A stretch of 64,000 bases of DNA, from the NCBI GenBank assembly GCA_951406725.2, contig OX597832.1:16554001-16618000 (forward strand). Reading direction: 5' to 3'. Positions 27,068 through 40,402 of this stretch are shown here, one piece after another (position 1 is the first letter of the stretch; each line of letters opens with the position of its first letter). The notes under the pieces were generated by a model, which did no database searches, was not told the origin of the DNA, and saw only the letters and a list, made by a program, of their open reading frames with translations. The stretch comes from Octopus vulgaris (Eukaryota). The position numbers and the translations under genes were made by a program.

Positions 27068-27502
27068 TTAAAATACGCAACAATCTTCAGTTGCACAAAG
27101 ACATAGAATTTAATTAAATCGAACAGATGGACTCATTGGTATTATTATACCTAAAATATCCAAGAAGTTAAGAAGTAACTTCTAAACTGGAGTGAGAGAT
27201 CATGTTCTTTGTCTATCTCCTTAACTTCTTAGAAAATTTAGGTATAATTATATTAATGTGTGTAACGGTTGTAATTTAATTAAATTCTATGTCTTTGTGC
27301 AGCTGAAGATTCTTCTGCATTTTAAATTGATGTAATGATTGCCTTGCTCAATTAAATGGAGTTGCATGAAACGAACCTACTGCTTTACCTCTGGATATCC
27401 TTGTTGCTTATTTTGATTTTAATCACCTTACTTTGAAATAGTATGAATAATACCATACTAAATTCTAGTGCCTCAAATAAAGTACCATATCCCTCTGAAT
27501 TT
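27068..27502 (+). mobile_element. Penelope-like end preceded by a fold-back of about 260 bp (27068-27326)
   Basis: Arms AATCTTCAGTTGCACAAAGACATAGAATTTAATTAAAT / ATTTAATTAAATTCTATGTCTTTGTGCAGCTGAAGATT; inner arms TTATACCTAAA..AAGAAGTTAAG / CTTAACTTCTT..TTTAGGTATAA; decayed hammerhead-like TGATGTAATG...CATGAAACG follows. Confidence 0.6.
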
Positions 27503-27529
27503 ATGTATGTATGAATGTATGTATGTAGG

Positions 27530-27599
<70 letters not shown>

Positions 27600-27605
27600 T
27601 ATCAT

Positions 27606-27714
27606 TGAGGTGCGAAGTGTGAAAGACAGAGAAATGTGAGAGAGAGGGGAGGAGTATACCAAATAATCAGAGGCAAGAAAAGAGAAAAGGAGGAGGAGAA
27701 GTAGAGAGAGAGAG

Positions 27715-27720
<6 letters not shown>
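27606..27720. repeat. dispersed copy of the purine-rich segment 26615-26735
   Basis: GAGGTGC.AAGTG.GAAA.ACAGAGAAATGTGAGAGAG..AATCAGAGGCAAGAAAAG.GAAAAGGAGGAGGAGAAGTAGAGAGAGA in both. Confidence 0.85.
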
Positions 27721-27756
<36 letters not shown>

Positions 27757-28547
27757 GTAAACATATACACCCATATGTAAGCATATGCATGTATACGCGA
27801 ACCATTCATAATTTCAAGATTAGAAGCTGTAGATCATATTTCTCTACAGATGAATCCATCTTAACACCTTAGAAGAGAGTACACAATTTAAGCATGTTCT
27901 CTGAGAAATAAGAACTTTTTGACTTGTATATGAAGTCGTAGTAATACAATGCGGAATGTTTCTATTATTATCTGACCATTTTAAATATGAAAGCAGAAGC
28001 ATTGATATATCTAGTAATTTCAAATCACGAAAACCTCCTTAACTGTTCCATGATAAATTTTACTGACATTTTCTATTCAGAATGTAAAGCTTCACTTCAT
28101 ACTATTCTTCTTCTATTTACTGTTTAATTTATTAATATGATATATTCAAATTCTGCACTTTGACTGTAAATGTGTCAATCAGAAGTAGTTGTGAGAGAAA
28201 TTTCTTAACAGGAAACGTAAGAAATGGAAGGTATATGAATTCAAAGTCAGACATCATTGTTACATTTTTTCAAATGCCCAAAGTAAATTTGCCAATGTTT
28301 AGAGCAATATCGTTTCCTTTTTTTTATAGATATGTGTTAATATACCTAAAATATTATTTTGATCTGCGATTTGTATAACAATGGAAGGTGCCTTTCGAAG
28401 TCTATTGCCAGTGATGTCCTTTCTCGAAGCTGATATTTTGTTTTTCCTTATGCTTTGAATTAAAATAACTAAAAAATTATCGTTTAGCAAACATAATCGT
28501 TATTCGAATTTACTTAAATCAATTTCAAATGTCGAAGTTGCAAGATA

Positions 28548-28751
28548 CTCTCTCATTTACTCTCTTACTTGTTTCAGTCATTTGACTGCGGCCGTGCTGG
28601 AGCATCGCCTTTAGGACTTATTCTTTGTCAGCCTTGTACTTATTTTATCGGTCACTTTTGCCAAACCACTAAGTTACGGGTACGTAAACACACGAGCATG
28701 GGTTGTCAAGCGATGTTGGGGGAAGAAACACAGATACACAAACACACACTC

Positions 28752-28799
<48 letters not shown>

Positions 28800-28972
28800 A
28801 TACATATACACATATACAACGGGCTTCTTTCAGTTTCCGTCTACAAAATTCACTCACAAGACTTTGGTTGGCCCGAGGCTATAGTAGAAGACACTTGCTC
28901 GAGGTGCCACACAGAACCTAGAACTATGTGGTTGGTAAGCAAGCTACCTACCACACAGCCACTCTTGCGCCT
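28548..28972 (-). mobile_element. SINE family C, near full length, internal microsatellite
   Basis: Reverse complement colinear with 40151-40610, starting AGGCGCAAGAGTGGCTGTGTGGTAGGTAGCTTGCTTACCAACCACA. Confidence 0.9.
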
Positions 28973-29025
28973 TTTTCCTTAAAGGCCTTAGTGATATTTC
29001 ATTGTATAGCGACTGACCTATTTTT

Positions 29026-29240
29026 AAAGCGGTGAGATGGAGGCGTGTTTAGGGCAACGAAGGAAATTCATAGCAATATTTCTTCCAATGTATTAGTTTC
29101 TGAGTTCAAATTCTGCCGTCGCCATATCTGCATTGCCCGTTTCAAAAGTCGGTAATTTAAAGTACCATTCAGGAATTCGAGTTGATATTACGCACAAAAC
29201 CCGCTCCACGAAATTGATGACATTGCGTTAATCTTTAAAA
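29026..29240 (+). mobile_element. SINE family A, highly decayed
   Basis: AAAGCGGTGAGATGG..TTCTGAGTTCAAATTCTGCCG..GTCGGTAATTTAAAGTACCA. Confidence 0.6.
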
Positions 29241-29401
29241 ACATTATAGCTCACACAGAACACACACACACACACACACACATACAATCATACATGAATA
29301 TGCGTGCGCGGGCGTTTGTGTGTGTACTTGTAATATATACACATATATATATGTGTTTGTATGTCTCTATATACATATATATATGTGTGTGTGTGTATGT
29401 A

Positions 29402-29496
<95 letters not shown>

Positions 29497-29875
29497 ATGC
29501 GCGCTCAGGATTACACGCAAAGATAGCTTTAATTCTCAATAAAAACAATGCCACCATCAAATTGTAAGCCATTTTTTCATCTCCACATTTTATGAATATC
29601 AGTTGCTGTTTGGAACCTTCTTTATATCTTTCCTTATCTTCGTACAGTAGGCATGGAAAAATCATCGAGAGAGTCTTTAGTGTTTAACCACGATAATATT
29701 AATGCTCATTTTTACAATTCTCTGTATCATTTTCTGATAAAAGCGAACCTTTAATGCATACATTTATCAACACATATATTCCTAAAGTTTTGATTCATTA
29801 TTCAGTGAAATGATATATGCCAATATCATGGTTTTCGTGTATTTACTATCAATCTTTTCTTTTATATAATTTTAT

Positions 29876-30400
29876 ATCATAATCATCATCATCATCATCA
29901 TCATCATCGTCGTCGTCGTCGTCGTCATAATCATAATCATAATCATCATCATCGTCATCATCGTCGTTGTCGTCATAATCATCATCATCATCATCATCAT
30001 CATTATCAACAGCAACAATAGCAGCACCAGCATCCCTTGATTGATGCAGCCAGTCGTTGGTGTGACACTCTTGGCGACTTTGCCCTCAATTGTAACCAGT
30101 AGTTTTGATATTGTCATACCGAAATTTTTCTTTATCAGTTCTCAAGTGTACCTTGCGGCCTGGTCTGGACAGGGTGTTAGGTCGGGATATATGGCACTAA
30201 CAGGCAAGATTGCGCCATTTAAAGTGGCCAAAGAGTTTTTCATGACTATCAAGCTTATTTGATGCATTGCTACCTGAAAAACCTACATTTAAGCTCTATG
30301 TACTGTTAATGCAGATGTTCTCCTGACGCACTTTTGCTCAAATACCTGGATTCCTGGGTCCCTGCCAATTTATATTCAAGTTCTTTCTACTTCAATGCCC
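29876..30400 (-). mobile_element. RTE-clade LINE 3' end with expanded (ATG)n/(ACG)n tail
   Basis: Frameshifted minus-strand translation IQVFEQKCVRR..SHEKL..KWRNLAC*CHISRPNTLSR..QGTLE..YDNIK matches the RTE C-terminus IQAFE.KCLR..L..VKRRKL.WFGH..R...L.K.ILQG.LEG..W.DNIK; ends CCAACGAC..TCAAGGGATG then the trinucleotide tail 30003-29876. Confidence 0.7.
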
Positions 30401-30537
30401 ATCTTTTAAGAGGAACGATTATCCTTAACAGATTCACACAAGCACGTACCCGAAAACGCATACACCCACATATGTGTGCTTATACATATGCTTGCGTATG
30501 TATATGAGTATATGTTTGTGTATGTCCATATGTATAC

Positions 30538-30718
<181 letters not shown>

Positions 30719-31295
30719 GATATAAAAATCTATATACTCATGTGTACACATTCACTAGATTAGTGTGCTTGGCTGTCACATGTTTATGCAAATGCGTAGG
30801 CGTGTTTAAAGGTGTATATTTGCGTCTTAGTGTATGTATGAGAGATTACTTAAGATGATAAATACGTACTTCTCCACTGATATTTATGAATATGTCTGAG
30901 CCAAAATATCTGAAATGTCAGCAGATAACCAATTATCAGAATATATTTTCAGTAAATTTTCTTCCACGTTTCAGATAAGAATTTCTAAGATAGTTTACTG
31001 GGTCACCCGTTTTCTGATTGATTATGTTTCACCGTGTTTGTTTTATAAGACATTACGTTATGAACTCTGCTTAAAAGGTCATCTTTTTTAATAAAATGCC
31101 AATGACACAATGAAATATATTAACAAACTTTAGAGATCTAAAGTATATTACATCTTAACTTAAAATCTTACCATATGGTTTTGGCACGAACAGACACGTA
31201 TATAGGTATGTGTTGTCTTTGTCGCTTAGTGGGCGCTATGAACGTATGTATGTATTTACCTATATCTGTATCGATATATTTATATATATATATAT

Positions 31296-31338
31296 ATTAA
31301 TCCTAATATATCCAGTGTTCATGTATATATATAAGTAC

Positions 31339-31406
<68 letters not shown>

Positions 31407-31417
31407 ATATATATATG

Positions 31418-31448
<31 letters not shown>

Positions 31449-31505
31449 GTATGTATGTATGTGTACTTATATATATACATGAACACTGGATATATTAGGA
31501 TTAAT
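31296..31505. repeat. perfect 55-bp inverted repeat around a (TA)n/(TG)n core
   Basis: 31296-31350 is the exact reverse complement of 31451-31505. Confidence 0.95.
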
Positions 31506-32256
31506 TAAAATTTTAATATATTAAAAATATAGGATCTCACAAAACTAGTTCCTCATTAGATTTTCAGACGAGCAAAATATAGGGGGCTGTGTCGCGAATT
31601 ATTTCTATTTTGGCAGTTACCAAAAAATAGTGTGTTTTTAAAGTAAGATTATGGATCAATACACTACTTGTTAAAGATCGTATTGATGGGTGAATATTCA
31701 TGTATTAAGCACATGTTGCAGTCACGTTAGAAGGTCACTTAAAAGTTTTCCTTTACTGAATATGTCTTTTGACAGTTTGAAAAGAGAGATATGAATCATG
31801 ATTATAATTATTGTTTAAGTAAAACCGCCATTGATAACGCTTGTTTATACTTCTAAATGATAGTTGTAGTTAGTGTTACTTCAATCCCCCTTATTATGCT
31901 CAAATATTTCCTTCCTTTTTTAACAAGATAGGGGATGGGAAATATAACACGATTTAGAATAAATAAAATAGACTTTAGCTGCTACATGGGCATTAGCTTA
32001 GTTAAGAACGAACGCAAGCAGAAAGTCTACAATTATTAATTCATAGGGAAACTAAAACGTGTATTATTGATGTTTTGTCAATGTCAATTGAGCTGTGGCT
32101 TGCATTTCTTAATAGATGAGCTTTCCTTATGGATTCTTGATTGGTCTGGGGTATTGTTTACACAATGATAAATTGGGAAGACACAAAAATCGAGAGATTC
32201 GGTTTCTGCTGTTTAATATACGTGCGTTTCTATGTGAGTGAGTGTGTGTGTATGTA

Positions 32257-32374
<118 letters not shown>

Positions 32375-32585
32375 GTGTGCGTGTGTATGCTGATAGACTG
32401 ACGGAAGGTGCATTCTCAGGTCTGTTTAATGATGTAATACTCCTCATACATTAGTCAGAATAAAGATTAATGAACAGTGGGCATAAGTTTAGTTCTTCAG
32501 CAATGTTTAGAAATCAATTATTTTCATTTCAAGAGAATGTTTCAGTAAGGAATACAACGAATTAAGTCTGTTTTTTCTTAGTAAA

Positions 32586-33479
32586 TACGAGATAGTATCA
32601 AAGTGTTCCGATCATATTTATGTTTAATAAAAGATAACTTATATTGCCTAAGTTTAACATCATCTCCTTCAAAATATTCATCTTGTAGAGCATTATACCG
32701 CTTCGAAGCGTTTCTGCTACTTTTGGAATACGGTTTGGAAGTCGTTGTCCGTAAGCGAGTCGAGGATCATCTGCAGTGTGCTCTTGATCTTGACAACTGT
32801 GAAATAAAAATGACTTTTGAGTCGCATTTTCTTCTCGAAAAAGGTATAGCAATACGCAGGTGCTACGTCTAGCAAATAGGTCGGATACGAGGCTGTTTTT
32901 GGCGAGAAACCCACGAGGTAAGAGAGCCCGGTGGCAGAGTGCATTGCCGTTGTGGAGAATCTGATCATTCGCGGTCCACAGATCGGGTTGGTTTCACCTG
33001 ATGTCTTCCCTCAAAAGCTTCAAACCATCGCGGTAGAACACTTGATTGGTGGTCTGGTCCTGAGCTACGTATTTACGATTCACAAAATCACATTTCTGGG
33101 TTTACGCTGATCACAGGTCTCTCAAATCGCTCCTTGACTGCCAGGGACGTTCTTCCGTTCACCTGAATCATTGCACAAGACACGTTGACTCGTCACCGCA
33201 AGCTTGCCGATGCATGCTCAATGTCTCTGCAAAAGACTTTTTATATTTAACGCATGTCACGTTGGCTCCTTGTTCCAAATTTTTGTCCATGGCTAAAATC
33301 GCATACGTGATGTCACAAAAGCACAAATTTCACAACTTGCGAATTAAACACGACGATGTCAATCGACACACTGTCTCATGAGGGACACAGTTCGCTCTCC
33401 TTGTGCACGCAATCATGTGCAGCCATCTGTTGATATGCTACAAAACTAGTCTTTGAACGTTTTTTTCTAACACCTCGTT
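32586..33479 (-). mobile_element. internally deleted mariner (DD34D) element
   Basis: C-terminus YPTYLLDVAPAYCYTFFEKKMRLKSHFYFTVVKIK..DFQTVFQK*QKRF (cf. HPPYSPDLAPCDFFLF..LK..LKG..F); N-terminus MDK..EQ.ANV..KSFAETLSMHRQACGDE; ends TACGAG / CTCGT. Confidence 0.8.
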
Positions 33480-33809
33480 TGTATTATTTCAATATTGTTA
33501 GATCAGAACGACGAAGTATAATCATGTCTAGTTTGCGATCAATATCCTTTAATTGTTGTTCAGTTAACTAAGCAATCCAGAATTCATACATCGCTCTTTT
33601 CCACTATTATAGTCATTTAGTCATATTTCTTCTTTTATAATGCATTCTTCTTTGTAGTTCTGTTTATAATCACTTTGTGCTTTGGAATCGGAACTATCCA
33701 TAGTTGCAATCCGCAAACACAGGATATTTCTCACTGCCAATACACACGTCAATAAATTCATTTTCTCAAGTTTTGAAAATTCTACAGTTTATGTGGCATT
33801 CACTTAAAA

Positions 33810-33965
33810 GAGGCTGCCAATCAAGCAATGAGCTTTTCCCCAGATGTCAGGCATCATTTCAATACCTTCATTAATGATAGAAGTTTTGAAAATTCGGTCA
33901 GTTCAATTATTTTTTCTTCGATATTTTGAACATTTAACTCCTTCAGAGAATTGCCTTCCCATATC
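33810..33965 (-). pseudogene. mariner transposase C-terminal relic
   Basis: GRQFSE..KTSIINEGIEMMPDIWGK resembles G..F......K...F...GI..LP.RW.K. Confidence 0.35.
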
Positions 33966-34194
33966 TCTTAAAATTTGTATTTTGCTATGTCGGCACTTTA
34001 ACTACAATGACGTGTCAGACGAAAATACGAACAAGAAAAATAAAACAGTTTTTGTAATAAGAAAAATGATGAGAGCGGAAATAATTTTTGAGGACCAAAA
34101 ATCTTTAGAACCCAGTATTATATTATACAATGATTTTTCTTAATTCGAACAAGACCGAGACGTAAAGGAATTTTTAACAAAGAGCATAGTGACG

Positions 34195-34196
<2 letters not shown>

Positions 34197-34252
<56 letters not shown>
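34197..34252. repeat. (CT)n microsatellite
   Basis: Seen directly. Confidence 0.95.
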
Positions 34253-34258
<6 letters not shown>

Positions 34259-35188
34259 GGGTGCAGGAAATGAATGGAAGCGACAGTTTCCTGCATGCTT
34301 TAAAAAGGAAAGTGTTTATTTTTGTGGATAATACTCTAATAGGAATTTCTTACCAAGATCTTAAGAGATGGCCTCCTTCTCTAAAGAAGTGATAATCATA
34401 ATGTATGTATAAGTGTAATGAATAAGGTATATTATTGTAGCAACACTTCAGGCATTATCATAGGTTCTAAGGATCATATTATTATGTCCGTTAAGGTACG
34501 TTGTGTTATTGATGGGTATAGTACTTCCGTTGGGCTGAGGCCAGTTCATTCTCCATATATTTATCTCCATTATCTCCATTATTTTGTCGAGAAAGTATTA
34601 TGGTCATATTTTTTACAGTTTAACCACATCTGTTTACTGGATGGATTTGTTGCCTATCTTGAATTCCTAAACATCGTTATTGCTAGGAAACATCGCTGGG
34701 AATTGAGAATTGCAGAGCGGAGCTATATCATTAAAATGCTATTTGTGCCGAAGAGAGAGAATTATGATAAGACATAGAACTGAAAGAGTCTTATCTAGCT
34801 TTCTTGGCCCCAAGTGACATATTGATTACTGCTCTGTTGTTTTGAATGCTATTTACCAAAAGTCTTGTATTTGATTTTTATTTTCTTAATAGGGATAGTT
34901 TTTATACGAAATCTTCACTTATAATGCACCTAAGAAATTATTGTCACATACATGGAATTATGTTTGTTCAATTCTAGTTTGTACAGGGTGTAACATAAAG
35001 TGTATTGCATTAAACCAGACACTCTTTACTAAATCCTTTGCAATTTGTTTCAATTTCATTGGCCGGAGACGCAATATTATACATGTGTGAGGTATTAATA
35101 TCTCAACAAAGAATAAATAAGTATATAAAAGGCAAGGACATCTGGAAAGGGATAATTAGTTGCATAGATGCAATTTTTTTTTATATGC

Positions 35189-35515
35189 AGGTGTTCAATG
35201 GCTCTAACGTGTGGCACAGAAGTATTAGGTTTTCAATCTCTGGACCGGACTGCGTTTTCTGCGCTTGAGAATGCCACTATATTTCACGTTGCCCTAGTTT
35301 ACTAAGCTGTAGAAATGAGTAACTTGTACCAAGCTTTGTCGACCTTTGTTTTCCCTTGGATATCATCGGTATCCTAGCATGGGCGAACTGGTATGCATTG
35401 CCGACTACTGATCTTCCATAAAGTTCCTTGTCTGGACTTGTGACTTGGCGGGTAAGTTTCTAGGTGCGATCCCATGCTCATTCATGATTGAAGGGTGTCC
35501 TTTTTACCTTATTTA
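35189..35515 (+). mobile_element. SINE family B, decayed
   Basis: Shares GGACCGG..CACGTTGC..CTGTAGAAATGAG..TCGACCTTTG..CCTTGGATA..TCTTCCATAAA..TTTCTAG.TGC.A.CCCATG with 22371-22720. Confidence 0.8.
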
Positions 35516-36209
35516 GTGCATTTTTCGTTAGAAATGACCAAAAGTGTCCAATCAAGATTCAGAATGAATGAGAGGAAAATATATTACAATACCCCGAAGC
35601 AGAATATTCCTTTATTTATGTTTTTGTGGCAATAACATCTTCGATAGCAATTTGCTTATGCTGACTGATATTTGAATGAGAAATAAAGGATCATTGAGTC
35701 ATCTTACTACATTCTTAATCACAGTTGAATGTTTTGCAGAAAAGTTATACTGATGCATAGAGTTAGGTATGTACTGTTTCTCAAGGACGCCACAGTGGGT
35801 GAGCTGGTAACGAGAAAGGTTTTGCGATTTCAAATAACGAATACACCAGTTATTTACGCATATTTTTATAAGCTACAGTCATTGAAAGGGAAAATTTTAT
35901 CGCTGGATCAGTGCTAACAGATCCATATATATTTACAGCGAATATGGCTTTGCTTGAATTAGATCACTCAATCAGGATTGAGTTTCACCTGCAAGGACGA
36001 GATTTAAATTTGAATTCACTATTGTACAAGTTGATCGAAATTATAGCATACTAATAACTACTACATAGGCTGGAGAATTGAGAATGATTCGTTTATCAGA
36101 ATGATTAAGAAAAAAGAAATTAAGAGTGTGATTTTAGTAGTCTAATTGAGTATTATCGTACGTATTAACCAGGCTCTGATTAATACATATGATTAATCGT
36201 GTCTTCTTC

Positions 36210-36480
36210 ATTCAGGGCCCACATGTAGCCATGTAGCATTGCTTTTCGTATACATGCCTCATACAATCTTCATTTTACTTAGAGAGGGAGCATTTTAGTT
36301 GCCAACAAAGGTAAAGGATTACTAATTGTTTCCATCCAATTCTTATTCTGCTGATTGCACGTTCTTTGTCACCTCTCCTACTGCTAATTAGGTTCAGAGA
36401 CCCAAGGGGTATTTCAGAGAATTGATTTCCCGAGCATCTGTAGCTTTTATGGTTCCTGTGGTCCTCTGAAAACAAACACT
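36210..36480 (-). pseudogene. RTE-clade LINE reverse-transcriptase fragment
   Basis: LGSLNLISSRRGDKERAISRIRIGWKQL..RLYEACIRKAMLHGYMWAL matches the RTE motif YLG..I...G.....AR.R.GW.KF..GRLY.ACVR.AML.GSETW. Confidence 0.75.
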
Positions 36481-36705
36481 ATCTCTATGATAATCTTCCT
36501 TCTATTATACTGCACATCATGTGTTGATTAACACAAGCAAAAGCGAGTAGGAGAAACGTTTTATTTCATCCTTGTAAAATTTCGGCTTTTATAGGTAAAA
36601 TATCAAGGAGTTGAAAGCTAAAAGGCACTGTAAAAAAACATATTAGCATCTTATTATGAAAATACTAGTAAGGCATGATATTATTAGAGGAGTGTGAGAA
36701 GGATC

Positions 36706-36923
36706 TGTTTCTTTATTACCCACAAGGGGCTAAACATAGAGGGGACAAACAAGGACAGACAAAGCATCAAGTCGATTACATAAACCCCAGTGCGAAACCG
36801 GTACTGTATTTATCGACCTCGAAAGGATGAAAGGCAAAGTCGACGTCGGCTGAATTTGAACTCACAACGTAACGTAGATGAAATACCGCAAAGCATTTCG
36901 CACGGCGCTCTAACGTTTCTGCC
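36706..36923 (-). mobile_element. SINE family A with 15-bp TSD
   Basis: Full core and tail; flanks AGTGTGAGAAGGATC (36691-36705) and AGTGTGAGAGGGATC (36924-36938). Confidence 0.92.
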
Positions 36924-38747
36924 AGTGTGAGAGGGATCATCTACGTAACACATTAGAAGAATAAATAGTTTTTGGTCATACATGATGTTACCCTTGTACA
37001 TTGTGTATTACTTAGTATTAAACGCAATGTATAAACAAAGATTTACTGATTTAATAACAGCATATCATTTGTTATTGGCATATGCAATCTGTCTTCAGTA
37101 ATTTACTTTCTTAATTAATTTAATACTATATACATAATCCGCTTTTAGACATACCTGTATCATATATGAATCATAGCAAATAATTTTCGTTTTTACTTTC
37201 TATGCATTATGAATAACACAAACTAAAACAAAATTGATTTGGACTCTAATCAATTGAATCGAAATATATATATTACAACAACTCGGTTATAATCATATAG
37301 AAGGGAAATTATGAATGAATGTCTTATTAAATTGCTGTTCGGAATATAATATATTCCAGCACATTCGAAAGGATACAAAGTATATTGTCATACAAAACAA
37401 TGGTAAGAAGCAGTTGATAGTTATAATAGGTTGGCCTCTGTAGTGTTTAGTTCAGGCACTTTGCGCAACGATTTCCAAACCCGAAGTGGTACAACCGAAC
37501 ATTCCAGGTTACGTAAAATAATTTCATTTTAAGAATAGAATGAATTGATTCAAAATCCCACCAGAATGACCTCTCTTACTTAAATAATGTGTGTGTGTTA
37601 GAAATATGCACATTAGTATTCTATACAAAATTATTTAATTATGCTTGTTTGCAAAGTTCAATAAGTCTTATTTGCAATATCTTTCACCAAGTTTCGTGTG
37701 GCGTAGACAGACTTAACAAATCAGTCTTACTGTGGAATCGTCTTTCGTTCTTACTCTCACTAGGAAGTAGGTAATGGTAGAAAATGGACTTAATTACTTT
37801 ATACTAACTTCCGGAATGTGACAGAAACGAAATAAAAAAAAAACGAAATAATATTCGGTGATTTAAACGTGTTAACGATTTCTTTATATTTCGGAAGCAA
37901 ATTATGTCTGTTTCACTTATTTTTATAACTTGTTTGGCCTAAATTGAGTTAATAGAAAGTGAGGGAAGGAATTAACGGACGCCGTTGCCATTAATCCATT
38001 AACAATACACAAGTGAGTCTGAAGTCTGTGATAATGAGACATTGAGAATGGTTAATACAAAAAAAAAAATAGCAATAAACAAACAAACAAATAAATAAAC
38101 AATCACAATGGAATTAATCAAGCAAATTATCAAATTCAGACTCACAAACATCTGTGACAAAAAGTACTAATAAAGAAAAAAAAAGGAAAGAAAATTTTAT
38201 TCTATCGTCTCTAGTATTTATGACGTTCAATGTAAAATTACCTGAGAAATTCTAATCAACTTGTTTACTGCTTTGTTATCTTATATAAAGATTCTTGGTA
38301 TATAAACTGACAATACATCACTTGACATATAGGGCAACTTGCCTAAACATTATTTAGGCCAGTTAACATAAGTAACATACAAAAATAACAAAACAAATGA
38401 CTTTTGGTCTGGGATATATTTTTCTCTATGTGGTGTCTATGCGTATTTGTTTGTGTTCTAGAAAAGCTGTTACAACTCAATAGTTCTCTGTGCGTTTTCC
38501 TGTATCATCTCATTTCAACCCTGAATGAACAGACCTTTCCTCAGCGAATTCCAGTAGTCAACATCCCGTGATTTCAGCAGGCAGACATTGCTACAGGCTA
38601 AAACATTTACATTGACATTTCTATAATATTATACGTTCCGTTTAGAATATTCCTTTGTCATGTCTAGCATATAAAACGACAACATAAAGGCCTTCTTGCT
38701 GGGTTCATTACCATACATATTTCGATACTAAGTATCCGACATAATTA

Positions 38748-38958
38748 CGTATGTTTGTATGTATGTACGTATGTATGTATGTGTATGTATGTGTGTATGT
38801 ACGTGTGTATGTGTGTATGTATGTGTGTATGTATGTGTGCATGTATGTGTGTATGTGTGTATGTGTGTTTGTATGTGTGTATGTGTGTATGTGTGTATGT
38901 GTGTACATGTGTGTGTATGTGTGTGTATGTGTGTGTATGCAATGTATATATGCATGTG

Positions 38959-39027
<69 letters not shown>

Positions 39028-39155
39028 ATATATATGTGTGTGTGTATGCACGCATGTATATGTATACGCACTCACACATACACACACATACACACACACG
39101 TCCACGCACACTCGCACGCACACACATATACATATGTTTGTATATTTGTATGCAT
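38748..39155. repeat. compound (TATG/TG)n-(TA)n-(CA)n microsatellite
   Basis: Seen directly. Confidence 0.95.
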
Positions 39156-39420
39156 ACGTAAATGTTGTTGGTCATGGCCAGCCAGAGAGTGACCATTGAT
39201 TTCGTAAACTATGAAGACTTTAGCAATGAAGATGTTACATCAGGCTCACTGGCCGGAGGCACATAAACATTTCCACAAAACTGGAGGTAGGAGTCAAATT
39301 TGCTCGGTTAGGATTCTCGACAAAATATCTCGAAAGGAAATCCTTCTGGGTGAGTTGGTGCTATCGCCCTCGATCAGTTCCCGATGCATCTGAAAATAGG
39401 TGAGTCTATGTATCTGTGTG

Positions 39421-39511
<91 letters not shown>

Positions 39512-40150
39512 GTATATATATATACAAGGATAAGATCGATATTTAAATACCGATCTTATTAGATAAGTAGATAAATGTTATATATATTTTGTCTCGGGTT
39601 CTGTTATTCGGAGCCTACGCTCTTACACAAATTTTGAAACTGTGAAATAGTGTAAGTGGTTAAGTTAAAACAAATATAATCTAAACACATGAATCGAGTG
39701 AATTTTTCAACAATCTTATTACCTATATACACAAGTGTGTATGCTTGTGTATACATGTGTTTTTCTACGTGTGTGTATGTATGTGTGTACGGGGGCTTAA
39801 GTGTATACGTGTATGTGTTCGGTTTTTTACAAACGGCTGGAATTTACAAGTATTCGGCAGTTTAGTTCCTTGACATAAAATATAAAAAACACTACCTCAA
39901 CTTGTTAAGAATAAACCAATTTATGAGCCAAATTAGTACAACTGATTATTCTCCTTGTAAAGCGAGTATTTTTCACCTACATTATGTTTCAAACAAACAT
40001 CATTTACATTTTCCGCTGCCATTTAACGTCCACTACAGAGATCATTCTCTTCCTGCAACCAGCTGAATCTCGCAAGTGAAACGGTTTCCAGACATAAATA
40101 CTTTAGAATATAACTGGATTGTACCAACATTTTTTTTTCTTCTGAAACAA

Positions 40151-40322
40151 AGGCACAGGAGTGGCTGTGTGGTAAGTAGCTGGCTTACCAACCACATGGT
40201 TCCGGGTTCAGTCCCACTGCGTGGCATCTTGGGCAAGTGTCTTCTACTATAGCCTCGGACCGACCAAAGACTTGTGAGTGGATTTGGTAGACGGAAACTG
40301 AAAGAAGCTTGCCGTATATATG

Positions 40323-40353
<31 letters not shown>

Positions 40354-40354
40354 G

Positions 40355-40402
<48 letters not shown>

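Noticed and set aside
34418-34777. 119-aa ORF with LRPVHSPYIYLHYLHYFV, faintly like the Tc1-family WP..SPDL.P.D motif
   Set aside because: Similarity too weak, with no supporting motifs or TIRs.
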